From positions 327,378-391,377 of the forward strand of contig CAYPYD010000001.1 in assembly GCA_964415195.1 (NCBI GenBank): 64,000 nucleotides of DNA, in the 5' to 3' direction. Every line of letters begins with the position of its first letter. Position 1 is the first letter of the stretch. The translations under genes were made by a program, and so were the position numbers. This document shows, in pieces, positions 55,681 through 64,000 of this stretch. The DNA is from an uncultured Eubacteriales bacterium (GTDB lineage: Bacteria; Bacillota; TC1). The notes under the pieces were generated by a model that worked only from the letters and a program-made list of their open reading frames with translations, was not told where the DNA came from and searched no databases.

Positions 55681-57381
55681 ATGTATAGTAATATATTAGA
55701 AAAAAACACCAAGGAACTAATAGATGTTGCTACAGGTAAACAAAAAGCCGATTTAATAATTAGCAATCTAAAAATACTAGATGTCTATACAGAGAGAATA
55801 ATAGAAGGGAATATCCTGATAAAAAACGGTAGGATAGTATCCATTAAATCTAGTCATCATAGTGATGAAGCGATTGAACAAATTGATGGCAAGGGGATGT
55901 ATGCCATACCTGGTTTAATTGATCCCCATTTCCATGTGGACTCTTGCCTGGCAACACCGGCAGCCTTAGCTGATGGAATAGTGCCTTGGGGGACGACTAC
56001 TCTGTGTGGAGAGGTTTTAGATATTGCTCACTATGCCTATATACTAGAGAAAGATCCAGTTGAAGTTGCAAAACTATATTTAAAAGAAATTGAGAATCTT
56101 CCCTATAGATTGCTACCAATGGCACCAGGGAAAATGATACCAGTTAACAAAACCAGAGAAATTCTAGATTGGGAATATAATTTTGGATTAGGAGAGATGC
56201 TACCACATAATATTTTAGGGAAAAGAGAAGAGTACCTTAATCTCATTGACTATGCAAGGAAACAAAAAAAATTCATCAGTGGACATGTACTGCATAGAAT
56301 CTGGGATTTCCCTCATGATAATTACGAAGGAAGACCAGATGACTGCCATATGATAACAGAAAATGAAATAGATGTATTTCCAATCGTTGGTTACGCACAT
56401 GATCATGAGATTTTTAACTATAATGACCTGCTTACAATTTTAGGGAGAGGCATGAACGCACTAGTTAGAACACTTGATGGGATGGCCAAGGAGATTCTTC
56501 CAGGGGTAATAAACAATAAGATACCAACAGATAATATAAATTTTTCTATTGATGATTTGCATATACATGATATAAAGAACAACGGACATTTAAACTTTGC
56601 TATTCAAGAAGCTATAAACATGGGTATGTCACCAATTAAGGCCATTAAGATGGCTACAATAAATAATGCCAGACTTATTGGTCTTGAAAGTGAAATGGGG
56701 TCACTAACACCAGGCAGGTATGCTGATATTGTACTTCTATCTTCACTAACAAATATTAAACCTGAATATGTTTTTAAGGCTGGTAGTCTAGTTGCAAAAG
56801 CTGGTAGTTTAGTTAAGGAGCCAGTAATTGACTATAGTGATTTGAAGTGGAAAATTGAGAGTACACTTCAAGAGCTAACAGAAGAGGATTTGAAATATCC
56901 GAGTATTGATGATGAGGTAACAGTTTACGATATAGTTAAAAAAGAGTTCAACTCCCTTAATCTTTCAGCAGTTGAAAATGAAGGTGAAGATGTAATCTAT
57001 GGATATATTCTAGATAGAGCAAGGGATAAAAAAATCATCAGAATACTACTGAAGGGATTTAAGAATAATGAAGGAGCCATGGCTGTGAGCTTTAGTCATA
57101 ATTCCAGTAAAATTATTGCTGCTGGAAAGGACAAGGCCTGTGTCTTAAAAGCCATAAAAGAAATAGATAAACGCCTAGGTGGAATAGTAGCTGTAGATAG
57201 TGAAGGGGTAGTGATTGATTTCTTAGAGCTTGATATTGCTGCAGTTGCAAGTAGTCTTAGCTGTAAGGAAATAGTCGAGAAAATGCAAACCATGGAAGAC
57301 GGTATAAGAAAATATGGCGGGGGAATTGATAATATCTTCATGGTATTATGGTTCGTCGGTTTTCTCTATATCTGGGATTAG
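55681..57381 (+). CDS. Adenine-deaminase-like amidohydrolase
   Basis: RBS AAGGAG. 'IPGLIDPHFHVDS' HxH motif; 566-aa size and a C-terminal extra domain as in Ade-type enzymes. Substrate not inferable from sequence. Confidence 0.6.
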   Translation: MYSNILEKNTKELIDVATGKQKADLIISNLKILDVYTERIIEGNILIKNGRIVSIKSSHHSDEAIEQIDGKGMYAIPGLIDPHFHVDSCLATPAALADGIVPWGTTTLCGEVLDIAHYAYILEKDPVEVAKLYLKEIENLPYRLLPMAPGKMIPVNKTREILDWEYNFGLGEMLPHNILGKREEYLNLIDYARKQKKFISGHVLHRIWDFPHDNYEGRPDDCHMITENEIDVFPIVGYAHDHEIFNYNDLLTILGRGMNALVRTLDGMAKEILPGVINNKIPTDNINFSIDDLHIHDIKNNGHLNFAIQEAINMGMSPIKAIKMATINNARLIGLESEMGSLTPGRYADIVLLSSLTNIKPEYVFKAGSLVAKAGSLVKEPVIDYSDLKWKIESTLQELTEEDLKYPSIDDEVTVYDIVKKEFNSLNLSAVENEGEDVIYGYILDRARDKKIIRILLKGFKNNEGAMAVSFSHNSSKIIAAGKDKACVLKAIKEIDKRLGGIVAVDSEGVVIDFLELDIAAVASSLSCKEIVEKMQTMEDGIRKYGGGIDNIFMVLWFVGFLYIWD

Positions 57382-57386
57382 ATAAG

Positions 57387-57425
57387 AAAAGGACCTATTG
57401 GTTAGTCACCAGTAGGTCCTTTTTT
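57387..57425. terminator. Terminator between convergent genes
   Basis: aaaaggacctattgg ... ccagtaggtccttttt (one G-T pair). Confidence 0.75.
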
Positions 57426-57435
57426 GTAGTATATA

Positions 57436-58641
57436 TTAATTACCAACTAAATTTTTTTTGCGAACGTATTCTCCAGTGAAAATACCAATATAGGCTAGTG
57501 TCAAGATAAAACCGACAATCAGGAAGCCTTGGCTATATCCAAAGGCGGTTACCATTAAGCCAAATATTAGATTTCCGACTGCAAAGCCACCATCGTAGGC
57601 TGACTCCATAATTGAATAGGAAGTTGCTTTTAAATTGTTACTTGTTTCCCTGCCGATTCCTGTAATTGAGCTTATTACCAAACTATTAGTACCAAAGCCC
57701 ATAGTAATAATAACAACAAATAGGGCTAAATTACCAAATGACTCAACAAAAGCCATACTGAAAAAACCGGTTAGAGCAAGAAAAGCCCCTGGGATGATAA
57801 CACTTTTAATGCCATGCTTATCGGTGCGTCTGCCACTGGCTAAGGAGGCTACCATGCCAACACATCCAAATAGAAATAAGAAAGTACTTGGTTTTAAGAC
57901 ACCTTCTAGTCCGCCTAGGAATACTGCTGAATTAGTATTGATTATTCCATAACCTGAAGTTGCAGTCATTATAGCTAGATAATATCTGAGTAATCTTGGG
58001 TTTTTTAATAGATCAAGATAGTCTTTAAGCACATTGTTCTTTTTGACACTTTCCAAATTGTCAAATTCAACTTTTGTTTCTGATATGAAAGTTATTAAAA
58101 TGAATGATATAAATGAGGTTGCCATTATACCTATAAACATTATATTAAAGCCAATGCCTGATAAAGCTAAGCCGTAAACAGGACCTAGGATGACACCGAT
58201 TGAAATAAAACCACGATAAATGCCCATGCAACTTCCAAGAACTTTGTTATGAACAACATCACTGACTACTGAACTAGCTGAGGACATATACATTGCAAGG
58301 CCAATAGCTTGAACAAACCTGGCAATAAGGTGTACCTCAAAGTTTGGGGCAAACCAGATAAACATCCAAGAAATAACAAATGAAAAGGAACTAATTAGCA
58401 AAGCGAATTTTCTACCTTTTCTATCTGCCAGGGGGCCAAGGAAAATCCTAAGAAATATTGCGGATAGGCTATATATTGTTGTTGATATACCAATTTGAGC
58501 CAGGGTAAAATTCTGACTGACTAAATATACTGGGACTACGGAATAGGAAATTGAAATATTCATCATGAATAAAAATGTTCCAAAAAGGAAAAATAGCATC
58601 TTCCTATTTCTAATAAATTCTCTTACACTTTCTATTTTCAT
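57436..58641 (-). CDS. MFS transporter
   Basis: ATG at 58641 lies 8 nt after AAGGAG; the GTG at 58650 abuts the RBS. About 12 TM helices and motif A 'GPLADRKGRKF'. Confidence 0.85.
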   Translation of the reverse strand: MKIESVREFIRNRKMLFFLFGTFLFMMNISISYSVVPVYLVSQNFTLAQIGISTTIYSLSAIFLRIFLGPLADRKGRKFALLISSFSFVISWMFIWFAPNFEVHLIARFVQAIGLAMYMSSASSVVSDVVHNKVLGSCMGIYRGFISIGVILGPVYGLALSGIGFNIMFIGIMATSFISFILITFISETKVEFDNLESVKKNNVLKDYLDLLKNPRLLRYYLAIMTATSGYGIINTNSAVFLGGLEGVLKPSTFLFLFGCVGMVASLASGRRTDKHGIKSVIIPGAFLALTGFFSMAFVESFGNLALFVVIITMGFGTNSLVISSITGIGRETSNNLKATSYSIMESAYDGGFAVGNLIFGLMVTAFGYSQGFLIVGFILTLAYIGIFTGEYVRKKNLVGN

Positions 58642-58899
58642 TACTATCACTCCTTATATAAAAAAGAAGCCATGTTTAGAATTTACACTAAACAAGGCTT
58701 CTTAGTATTCGACTATATTATTTCTAACATATTTTCTTATTTATTTAATATTTTTAAAATTTTGTTTATTGTTAGATCTTAAGTTAATTTAACAGGGGCC
58801 TTTTCTGTTTTATTGAAGTTCTAACATGATAAATATAACATAAATATCTTTAATTTGGAATATAAAAAATATGAATTTATAAAATATGAAACTAAAATA

Positions 58900-58955
58900 T
58901 TGACAACTTTAGATAGGTAATGTATTATCTAAATAGATAACATATTACCTATTTA
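58900..58955 (+). promoter_or_regulatory. Promoter (TTGACA-17-TATTAT) overlapped by a ~46-bp imperfect palindrome (MarR operator candidate)
   Basis: TTGACA at 58900-58905 and TATTAT at 58923-58928. Palindrome tagataggtaatgtattatcta aa tagataacatattacctattta at 58910-58955. Confidence 0.55.
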
Positions 58956-58969
58956 GATTGGAGAAAGAA

Positions 58970-59437
58970 ATGATGAACTATTTTGAAAATATTAACGATC
59001 AAGATTATATCTTCGCATCGATGTTACTAGTCGCCAATAAAATGGATACCTTGTTAGAGAGAGCCTTAAGCAATTACAATATAACAGCGAAACAATGGTT
59101 CATGTTAATTGTAACGGTAAATGCCTTCAAGGAAGCACCTTCTATAAAAGAAATTGCTAAAGTAATGGGCTCATCCCATCAGAATGTCAAACAACTTGCC
59201 TTAAAACTTGAAACCAAAGGCATGATAATTTTAGAAAAAGATAAAACAGATTTAAGAGCAACAAAAGTAATTTTGACCAAGGAATGTTATCAATTATTCA
59301 AGCAATTAGAAAAAGAAGGCCTTGATTTTATGAATAAATTCTATAATGATATAGAAAATATAGAGATGAAAAATACAAGGCTGTTCATATCTAAAATTAT
59401 GGTTAACTTAAAAAATATTGAAGAGGGACAAGAATAA
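58970..59437 (+). CDS. MarR family transcriptional regulator
   Basis: ATG at 58970 after GGAG. 'ITAKQWFMLIVTVNAFKEAPSIKEIAKVMGSSHQNVKQLALKLETKGMI' is a winged helix. Confidence 0.8.
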   Translation: MMNYFENINDQDYIFASMLLVANKMDTLLERALSNYNITAKQWFMLIVTVNAFKEAPSIKEIAKVMGSSHQNVKQLALKLETKGMIILEKDKTDLRATKVILTKECYQLFKQLEKEGLDFMNKFYNDIENIEMKNTRLFISKIMVNLKNIEEGQE

Positions 59438-60303
59438 TGAAAAACCAAAAAACTATAAAATACCTAATAATTACAATTTTAATACTTGCAACAATAACTT
59501 CACTAATCGGATTATTTTCAAGTAAAGGGAACGGACCTTATGATTACACTTCAATTAATGGAGAACTGGTAGAAATATATGGAAAAGGTATATATAAGAA
59601 TGATTCAGTGTCTGTAGTCGCTCAGGGAAAGGCTTCTGACCTTGTTACCTTATTACTTGCTATTCCTCTATTAACCTTTGCCACAATGCTCTCACTAAAA
59701 GGCTCCATAAGAGGAAGATTGCTCCTTACAGGAACTTTGGGCTATTTTCTCTATACATACATGTCCTACTGCTTCTTATGGAACTATAATCCTTTATTTA
59801 TAGTCTATGTCCTATTAATGTCTGCAAGTATGTTTGCCTTTATATTAAGTCTAACGAGTTTTGATCTTGAAAAAATACCAAATATGTTCAAAGAAAAATT
59901 ACCAATCAGATTTTTAGCAGGCTTTCAATTTTTCATTGCTTTGATGTTAGGCCTTCTGTGGCTTGGTAAAATAAGCCCGTCAATATTAAGTGGTGCAATT
60001 CCTATAGGACTAGAACATTATACAACCTTAGTTATTCAAGCAATGGATTTAGGCTTTATTGTGCCTATTGCAGTAATTTCAGGAGTGCTACTTCTAAAAA
60101 AGAAACCTTTTGGATATCTGTTCACATCAATCATCATAATTAAAGCAATAACAATGCTAACTAGTATTTCAGCTATGATGATTAATTCCTACACCAGTGG
60201 CGTTTTAGTTAGTCCTATAGAAATAATAGTATTCTCAGCTTTCGATTTATTGGCTATTGTAGCTTTTATAATATTGATTAAGAATACCATTGAGCTTAAA
60301 TAG
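59437..60303 (+). CDS. Hypothetical polytopic membrane protein co-transcribed with MarR
   Basis: The start overlaps the MarR stop (TAATG). About 7 TM helices; no family motif recognised. Confidence 0.6.
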   Translation: MKNQKTIKYLIITILILATITSLIGLFSSKGNGPYDYTSINGELVEIYGKGIYKNDSVSVVAQGKASDLVTLLLAIPLLTFATMLSLKGSIRGRLLLTGTLGYFLYTYMSYCFLWNYNPLFIVYVLLMSASMFAFILSLTSFDLEKIPNMFKEKLPIRFLAGFQFFIALMLGLLWLGKISPSILSGAIPIGLEHYTTLVIQAMDLGFIVPIAVISGVLLLKKKPFGYLFTSIIIIKAITMLTSISAMMINSYTSGVLVSPIEIIVFSAFDLLAIVAFIILIKNTIELK

Positions 60304-60433
60304 GTATGATTATAAAAGTTCGTAGCTTAACAATTATTTACATATAATATAATGGAAATTGATTGTGGGTTATGATAGGATTAAATTACTTAAAAGAGTA
60401 GATTAGTTGTATATATAGTAAAGGGATAATTAA

Positions 60434-61843
60434 ATGGAGTATCCACCATCACACAAGAGAAAAAACTACCATATTATAAGCACAGTTATTGTCAGTATTA
60501 TTTTGCTGACAATACTTTTTCTTGGGTTGGTAAGTTATGGTGAGAGTATAAAGCGAGATAATAAACAAGAAGTTACTAATAGGTTCATTGCTTTTGAGAA
60601 TAGTTTTAAGAGTTTTATTAATGACAATGCTATGTTATTATCTGGTTTTTCTGCATATATAGATACTTTTGATGAGTATAAGGATGATGAGGTTTATTCA
60701 TATCTAAATAATCTTATGGAAGAAAATGGTGAATATATTAATAATGTGGCAATAGTCCAAGATACAACCATTAAGTGGAACTATCCACTTGAAGGTAATG
60801 AAGCAACAATAGGCATTGATATGCTGACAATTCCAGGACAAGCTGATGATATAGCCTACGTTAAAGAAACATTAGAAAAAGATTTTAGTGGTCCGGTAGA
60901 GCTAATTCAAGGCGGCAAAGGATATATTATAAGAGCCCCAATATTAAAAAATGGTTCTTTTTGGGGTATTGCTAGTTTAATTCTTAAAGAAGAAAAAATT
61001 ATCGAATTATTTGATACTTTTGCTAAAGAAAATAACCTAGAAGTGAATATTTTTAAGAATGACGCCGATGAATGTTTAATCTATGGGACCAAATATAATG
61101 ATAATAACAATATGTATAAATTTGAAAGGGATTTGCTAGGTGAGGATTTAACTTATTGTGTCAAAGCTATTGATAACACGTTAATTAATCGATTGCCATA
61201 CTTTATTATAATTGTTATAAGCGGTCTAATAATAGTAGCTTTTACAACGTACCAGGCATATTTGTTTTTTAAAGGCCACGAAGAAATTCTGCATAAAAAC
61301 TTTATTCTTAAATCCTCATCTATACGAGACAAGCTTACTGGCATATTCAATCGAGACTATCTGGACATAAGTATCAGTGAAGAAATGAAATTCGCTAATA
61401 ACAATAATATTGCAGTTTCTTTAATATATTTTGATATAAATAGTTTTAAGAATATTAATGATACATATGGTCATGCCTTCGGTGATAGTGTTCTAAAAGA
61501 TATTGCTACAGCTATTAAGGGTGAATTAAGAAAACGGGATGTTTTTGCCAGATGGGGTGGTGATGAGTTTACTATTCTTATGCCTAATACTAATATTAAT
61601 GGAGCTGAAATTACAGCTGAGAAAGTTAGAGTTACTATTGAGTCTATATCATATGATGATACACTTGTGTTGTCAGCTAGTATAGGTGTTGCTGAGTATC
61701 GTTTAGGTGAATCTGCAGATAGCTGGTTTAAAAGAGTAGATAAGGCACTATATAAAGCTAAAGAAAATAAGGACAACAGGTTTTGCACCTGTGATCAAGA
61801 AGGAAATATAAATTGCTACAAGAAATATCAGATTATCGCCTAA
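60434..61843 (+). CDS. Diguanylate cyclase with extracytoplasmic Cache-like sensor domain
   Basis: TM helix, ~230-aa periplasmic-type domain, second TM helix, then GGDEF. Intact 'RWGGDEF' and I-site 'RKRD'. Confidence 0.8.
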   Translation: MEYPPSHKRKNYHIISTVIVSIILLTILFLGLVSYGESIKRDNKQEVTNRFIAFENSFKSFINDNAMLLSGFSAYIDTFDEYKDDEVYSYLNNLMEENGEYINNVAIVQDTTIKWNYPLEGNEATIGIDMLTIPGQADDIAYVKETLEKDFSGPVELIQGGKGYIIRAPILKNGSFWGIASLILKEEKIIELFDTFAKENNLEVNIFKNDADECLIYGTKYNDNNNMYKFERDLLGEDLTYCVKAIDNTLINRLPYFIIIVISGLIIVAFTTYQAYLFFKGHEEILHKNFILKSSSIRDKLTGIFNRDYLDISISEEMKFANNNNIAVSLIYFDINSFKNINDTYGHAFGDSVLKDIATAIKGELRKRDVFARWGGDEFTILMPNTNINGAEITAEKVRVTIESISYDDTLVLSASIGVAEYRLGESADSWFKRVDKALYKAKENKDNRFCTCDQEGNINCYKKYQIIA

Positions 61844-61897
61844 ATATCACTAAGAATTAATAGTTATAAATAGAATTTATTTGTATATTGGTAAATT

Positions 61898-61928
61898 AGC
61901 ATCTCGCTATAGTGGGGTGCTTTTTTTG
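61898..61928 (+). terminator. Intrinsic terminator
   Basis: agcatctc gctatagt ggggtgct (two G-U pairs) followed by ttttttt. Confidence 0.6.
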
Positions 61929-61964
61929 TTTCTAAAAAAGATTATAAAAAATATTCTTAAATAT

Positions 61965-62112
61965 ATTGTATAATTTGCGCATTAATGATACATTTAAAAT
62001 GTAATTGAATGATACAGTTCAATATTAAATAAATAGGCATTCATAATAAAATCATTGGAATCTAAAAAATGTATTGTATAAATAGTACATTAATGATAAC
62101 ATTAGAAATGTA
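61965..62112 (+). repeat. Two ~40-bp direct repeats spaced 108 bp apart in a 512-bp intergenic region
   Basis: attgtataatttgcgcattaatgatacatttaaaatgta (61965-62003) versus attgtataaatagtacattaatgataacattagaaatgta (62073-62112). Each begins with a TTGTATAAT/TTGTATAAA -10-like box. Confidence 0.6.
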
Positions 62113-62149
62113 TTTTTTACTATTATAAATTTATGAAAGGTATGATGTT

Positions 62150-62299
62150 ATGCAAAAGAAAATTTTTATTATTTTTTTTGGGTTGATTATAATAGCTGCC
62201 TTAAGGTTCTATTATATAGAATGCAAGAGAGGTTTTGATCAATCTCCCGTATTAACTAATAAAGAAAGAACAGTAAAAATTGTACCTCAAGCAGACTAG
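62150..62299 (+). CDS. Possible small membrane protein (49 aa), not in the ORF track
   Basis: ATG 9 nt after GAAAGG. Translates as MQKKIFIIFFGLIIIAALRFYYIECKRGFDQSPVLTNKERTVKIVPQAD, with one TM helix. Short and unsupported by homology. Confidence 0.25.
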   Translation: MQKKIFIIFFGLIIIAALRFYYIECKRGFDQSPVLTNKERTVKIVPQAD

Positions 62300-62355
62300 A
62301 ATTTGCCCTACTTGATGAAATCTGCTAGAATCAAGATAATAATGGAGGTAATAAC

Positions 62356-62787
62356 ATGATTAAGAAATTAGCTATATCATTAGTTATCTTAACAGCATTT
62401 TTTGTAGTAGCCTGTTCTAGTTCCAATAAAGATCTTGAAGATGGAACTTATAAAGCTCAAGTTGATGATGCATATGTAGAAACTGAAGGTCTAGGTTGGC
62501 GTGAATTTTTGGAAGTAACCATACAAGATGGTAAGATAATAGATGTAACATTTAATGCGATAAATAAGGATGGACAATTCAAAACAGATCCAGGAGTCTA
62601 CAAAATGATACCCTCTCCAACTATTTGGATGCCAGTATTAGAACAAAATATAAGGAACAATGTTGCTGGAAAAATTGACGCATTAACTGGAGCAACCTCC
62701 ACTTCAAAAAATGCCCAAAAATTACTTGACGCTATCTATAAAAATGGGAAACCAGGACAAACAATTGATGTATCCATAAAAAAGTAA
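62356..62787 (+). CDS. FMN-binding domain lipoprotein
   Basis: Lipobox 'FFVVAC|SS'. 'IDALTGATSTS' is the FMN_bind-type flavinylation Thr/Ser motif. Confidence 0.65.
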   Translation: MIKKLAISLVILTAFFVVACSSSNKDLEDGTYKAQVDDAYVETEGLGWREFLEVTIQDGKIIDVTFNAINKDGQFKTDPGVYKMIPSPTIWMPVLEQNIRNNVAGKIDALTGATSTSKNAQKLLDAIYKNGKPGQTIDVSIKK

Positions 62788-62798
62788 ATGAATATACG

Positions 62799-62824
62799 AA
62801 AGCCTTCTTGAAGAAGGCTTTTTG
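62799..62824 (+). terminator. Intrinsic terminator
   Basis: aaagccttctt g aagaaggcttt followed by ttgg. It lies inside the N-terminal extension proposed by the ORF track for the next gene. Confidence 0.75.
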
Positions 62825-62843
62825 GTTAAGTAAAGGTAATACA

Positions 62844-63500
62844 ATGAGTAGAAAATGTAAGATCTGTAATTCAAATACAACAATAATAAGTCATCCTAAA
62901 TTTGGGAATTATTTATATTGTAGCAATTGTGAGTTTATATCCAAGAACAATCTAGAAAGATTAAATAAAGAAGAAGAAAAACAAAGATATAGCCATCATC
63001 ATAACTCTATTGAAGATAAAAGCTATGTTGATTATTTCTGCAAATATCTCAATGAAGCAGTAATCCCTTATGTTGGAGAAGGGAAAAAAGGACTGGATTT
63101 TGGGAGTGGTCCATCTCCTGTACTAGCTGAATTACTTGAGTTAGAATTTAAATTTAAAATGGATATTTATGATTATTACTTCTCTCCGGAAAAAATCTAT
63201 AATGGGAGAAAATATGATCTGGTTACCTCAACTGAAGTTGTTGAACATTTAGATGACCCTCTGGAATATTTTGATCTTTTTTCGAAACTGCTTAAACCAA
63301 AAGGGGTTTTAGCTATAATGACCCATTTTCATAGAAATGATAAAACCCATTTTTTAGAATGGCCATATATTAGAGATAGAAGCCATATATCCTTTTATAC
63401 ACCCAAAACCATGGAATATATTGCTAATAAAGTAGGCTTGAAAGTAATCTACACCAACAATGATAAATATATAACTTTCATTTTGGTAGATATGATATAA
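62844..63500 (+). CDS. Class I SAM-dependent methyltransferase with N-terminal Zn-ribbon
   Basis: ATG at 62844, downstream of the terminator hairpin. 'CKICNS...CSNCEF' has four Cys. Motif I 'GLDFGSGPSPVLAELL' and 'DLVTSTEVVEHL'. Confidence 0.75.
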   Translation: MSRKCKICNSNTTIISHPKFGNYLYCSNCEFISKNNLERLNKEEEKQRYSHHHNSIEDKSYVDYFCKYLNEAVIPYVGEGKKGLDFGSGPSPVLAELLELEFKFKMDIYDYYFSPEKIYNGRKYDLVTSTEVVEHLDDPLEYFDLFSKLLKPKGVLAIMTHFHRNDKTHFLEWPYIRDRSHISFYTPKTMEYIANKVGLKVIYTNNDKYITFILVDMI

Positions 63501-63531
63501 TGATGGCAAAACATAAAGGAGTTGATTCCAA

Positions 63532-64000
63532 ATGAAATTAAAAGATAAAATTGTAGTTGTTACTGGAGCAAGTTCCGGTATGGGTAAAGAAATAACTAGA
63601 CTCTTTTTAAATGAAGGTGCCATTGTAGCAGGAATAGATATAAGAAAAGATCGACTTGATGGCTTGAAGATTGAGATTGAGGCTGGAGATAAATTATTAA
63701 CTTATGTAGGTGATGTTTCAAACAGAGCTCAAATGGATCAAATTATTGATGATATTATTTTAAAAAAAGGCAGGCTTGATGTTTTAGTAAACAATGCTGG
63801 AATCATGGATGAAATGATGCCAGTTAATGAAGTTAGCGATGAACTTTGGAATAAGGTATTAGCAGTTAATTTAAATGGACCGATGTACCTCTCTCGTAAA
63901 GCAGTCAATCAGATGATAATTCAAGGTGGAGGTAATATTATTAATATTGCTTCAGTTGGTGGTCTGTTTGGATCTAGAGCTGGGGTCGCCTATACTGCAT
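63532..64000 (+). CDS. Short-chain dehydrogenase/reductase (SDR), 3' end outside the window
   Basis: RBS AAAGGAG. Translated by hand as MKLKDKIVVVTGASSGMGKEI...VLVNNAGI...NIASVGG, giving the TGxxxGxG and NNAG motifs. Open to nt 64000. Confidence 0.85.
   Translation, partial: MKLKDKIVVVTGASSGMGKEITRLFLNEGAIVAGIDIRKDRLDGLKIEIEAGDKLLTYVGDVSNRAQMDQIIDDIILKKGRLDVLVNNAGIMDEMMPVNEVSDELWNKVLAVNLNGPMYLSRKAVNQMIIQGGGNIINIASVGGLFGSRAGVAYTA

Noticed and set aside
1-64000. CRISPR arrays, tRNA/rRNA genes, IS elements, integrases or prophage
   Set aside because: I saw no short direct repeat-spacer arrays. The repeats present are protein-domain repeats or the few elements listed. No cloverleaf-like or rRNA-like segments appear in the intergenic regions, and no translation resembles a transposase, recombinase or phage structural protein. 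The XRE-type HTH genes stand alone next to membrane proteins, not phage modules.

Overview
AT-rich, Firmicutes/Clostridia-like chromosomal segment with about 51 protein-coding genes, mostly on the + strand, separated by clear Rho-independent hairpin terminators. I recognised no rRNA, tRNA, CRISPR array, transposase, integrase or phage structural gene. Main themes follow. (1) Six large secreted proteins (2-2746, 2982-5885, 41439-43409, 45156-47696, 49094-51601, 51975-54074) carry different N-terminal heads: Gly-rich beta-helix plus cadherin-like domains, a 14-repeat propeller, an NHL-like propeller, two SBBP-like repeat proteins (one with a C39-like peptidase domain), and an S8 subtilase. All end in the same tandem ricin-B (QxW) beta-trefoil tail, giving 12 trefoils in 64 kb. 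There is direct evidence of gene conversion and a shared promoter motif. (2) c-di-GMP signalling is dense: four GGDEF proteins, two also HD-GYP, one with a degenerate SGKEF site. A processive GT2 synthase fused to a T2SSE_N/MshEN-like domain is translationally coupled to a UDP-GlcNAc 2-epimerase. (3) At the window centre, a COG1106/AAA_21-type ABC-fold ATPase is co-transcribed with an orphan type IV pilin-like protein. No pilus machinery or nuclease partner lies nearby. This is my best candidate for an undescribed (possibly defence/conflict) module. (4) Other operons: ICMT-like methyltransferase, GH3-family adenylating enzyme and GGDEF*/HD-GYP; GT1 plus SPS-like GT4; two MarR-controlled units with palindromic operators; aldehyde dehydrogenase, LacI and Fe-ADH with a cre-like palindrome; a divergent amidohydrolase pair; and small stress-type genes (YtxH, DUF948, hemerythrin-like, L25/Ctc). 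(5) There is an unexplained kb-scale flip between A+C-rich and G+T-rich coding-strand composition, visible at synonymous sites. All functional calls come from motif recognition by eye in the supplied translations. No database search was run.
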